NCBI GenBank assembly: GCA_963737655.1
Contig: CAVTTN010000002.1
Location: 3,264,001 to 3,328,000 of the forward strand
Reading direction: 5' to 3'
DNA length: 64,000 nt
Source: an uncultured Planctomycetota bacterium
Lineage (GTDB): Bacteria > Planctomycetota > Planctomycetia > Isosphaerales > Isosphaeraceae
How positions within the stretch are numbered: the first letter of the stretch is position 1; the number at the start of each line of letters is the position of its first letter. The position numbers were made by a program, and so were the translations under genes. Below, piece by piece: positions 62,576 through 64,000 of this stretch. The notes under the pieces were generated by a model, which saw only the letters and a program-made list of their open reading frames with translations, searched no databases and was not told where the DNA came from.

Positions 62576-63382
62576 ATGTGCCCTCCCGATCGCCCGCCGA
62601 GCCGCCGTCCCGCCCGCGGGTTTACCTTGATCGAGCTCCTCGTGGTGATTGCGATCATCGGCGTCCTCGTCGCCCTGATCCTCCCGGCGGTCCAGAACGC
62701 GAGGGAGGCGGCCCGGCGGATGGATTGCCTGAGCCACCTCCACCAGGTCGGCCTGGGCACGATGCAGTATTTCGACGACTGGGGCGGCCAGTTCTTCCTC
62801 CACCACCCGTTCGACGCCGACGTGACCGCCCAGCTCGACGCCGCCGACTCGTTCGCCGAGATCTACTGGGAAGACAAGATCATGCCCTACGTCAACCCGG
62901 GCATGGCCAACGAGGCGACCGCCCAGGGCGGCGTCTCCTCGTATGACGAGAAGATCTATCGCTGCATGACCGACGCCTCCCGCCCCCGCCCGTTCCAGCA
63001 GGACGACGGCACCATCGACGGCATCTCCGACCGCACCAGCTATCTCATGAATTCCCTGCTGAGCCACAAGACCCGCCGATACGGCCGCTGGACCCTGCCC
63101 CGGTTCCAGCAAGAAATCGGCCTCTCGAACATAGTCGCCTTCAACGAACGGAGCGCCGAGGGGATCGCCGCCGATCCCGACGCCGACCCCCGCCAGGACG
63201 ATTACGACATCTGGCTCGGCACCAACACGCTCGACCGCTGGATCGCCTGGAAACGGCACGGGACCACGTCCAACGTCCTCTACCTGGACGGCCACGCGAA
63301 ATCCGTGACCAGGCAGGAGGCGTTGATGGGCATGTATCCCGGGGGCCAGATCCTCACCGACCCGCAGTTTTATCCGAAGTGA
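62576..63382 (+). CDS. DUF1559 prepilin-type N-terminal cleavage / H-X9-DG protein
   Basis: [36 protein letters not shown]-terminal [12 protein letters not shown]. Confidence 0.92.
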   Translation: MCPPDRPPSRRPARGFTLIELLVVIAIIGVLVALILPAVQNAREAARRMDCLSHLHQVGLGTMQYFDDWGGQFFLHHPFDADVTAQLDAADSFAEIYWEDKIMPYVNPGMANEATAQGGVSSYDEKIYRCMTDASRPRPFQQDDGTIDGISDRTSYLMNSLLSHKTRRYGRWTLPRFQQEIGLSNIVAFNERSAEGIAADPDADPRQDDYDIWLGTNTLDRWIAWKRHGTTSNVLYLDGHAKSVTRQEALMGMYPGGQILTDPQFYPK

Positions 63383-64000
63383 GGGGGCTGGGACCGACCA
63401 GCTCGGCCATCCGCTCGATCAACTGGTCAATCTCCGCATCGGTCCCGACGGTGATCCGCAGGCCCGGGTCTCGGCCGGGGTAGCGCATCAGGCGGACGAG
63501 GATCTTCGCGGCTTTCAGAGCCTCGTACACGTCCGGGGCCGGCGGCCCTCCCTCGCACCAGACGAAGTTGGCCGAGCTGGGCGGCACGCGGTAACCGAGG
63601 TCGCGCATCGCCCGGGAGAGCCGTTCGCGGGTGGCGAGGATTCTGGCTCGGGATTGCTCGCGATACGCCGAATCGTCGAGCGCCGCCGCGGCCCCGACGA
63701 GGCTCAGCGAGTCGCAATTGTACGAGTCCTTCACCTTCAGCAAACCGGCGATGATCTCCGGCCGGGCGATCGCGTAGCCGACCCGGAGGCCGGCGAGGCT
63801 CGACCCCTTGCTCATCGTCCGGGTCACGATCACGTTGGGGAGCCGCTCGACCAGCCCCACGCAGTCCGAATCGGCGAAGTCGGCATAAGCTTCGTCGAGA
63901 ATCAGGGGGCAATCGAGCCCCCGAGCAATCTCCTCGACGGCCTCGGGCGGCAGGGTGGTTCCCGACGGGCTGTTCGGGTTCGCGAGGAAGGCGAGCCGGG
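63354..64000 (-). CDS. hisC: Histidinol-phosphate aminotransferase (5' end beyond the window)
   Basis: [42 protein letters not shown]. Confidence 0.93.
   Translation of the reverse strand, partial: RLAFLANPNSPSGTTLPPEAVEEIARGLDCPLILDEAYADFADSDCVGLVERLPNVIVTRTMSKGSSLAGLRVGYAIARPEIIAGLLKVKDSYNCDSLSLVGAAAALDDSAYREQSRARILATRERLSRAMRDLGYRVPPSSANFVWCEGGPPAPDVYEALKAAKILVRLMRYPGRDPGLRITVGTDAEIDQLIERMAELVGPSPLTSDKTAGR

Overview
High-GC (about 70% by eye) bacterial chromosome segment. The gene content (DUF1501, DUF1559/H-X9-DG prepilin-like protein, signal-anchored LRR protein, LExR-type leader protein) points to a Planctomycetota, probably Isosphaeraceae-like; this is an inference. About 57 CDS, mostly housekeeping: gpsA, xylB, hemL/hemB, DegP-like protease, dacB, DEAD-box helicase, a glycosyltransferase/methyltransferase/flippase cluster, putA, nfi, ltaE, msrA, pdxH, hisB/hisC. 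No rRNA, tRNA, CRISPR array or transposase was seen. Most notable: (1) a SAM-I riboswitch heading a threonine-synthase-like PLP enzyme, a ubiquitin-like sulfur carrier, an LRR protein and a ThiF/MoeB activating enzyme, a likely non-canonical homocysteine/methionine route; (2) a full-length CobB/CbiA homologue with its own promoter whose ATPase and glutaminase motifs are both lost; (3) two classes of extragenic palindromes, GTAG-type REP/REPINs and long hairpins with 9-nt-periodic arms, one nested inside another; (4) an SbtA-type bicarbonate permease fused to a secreted beta-domain; (5) a MscK-like channel split by one in-frame TGA. Seven apparent single-base deletions in six genes look like long-read consensus errors. 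All assignments come from motif recognition by eye; no database searches were run.
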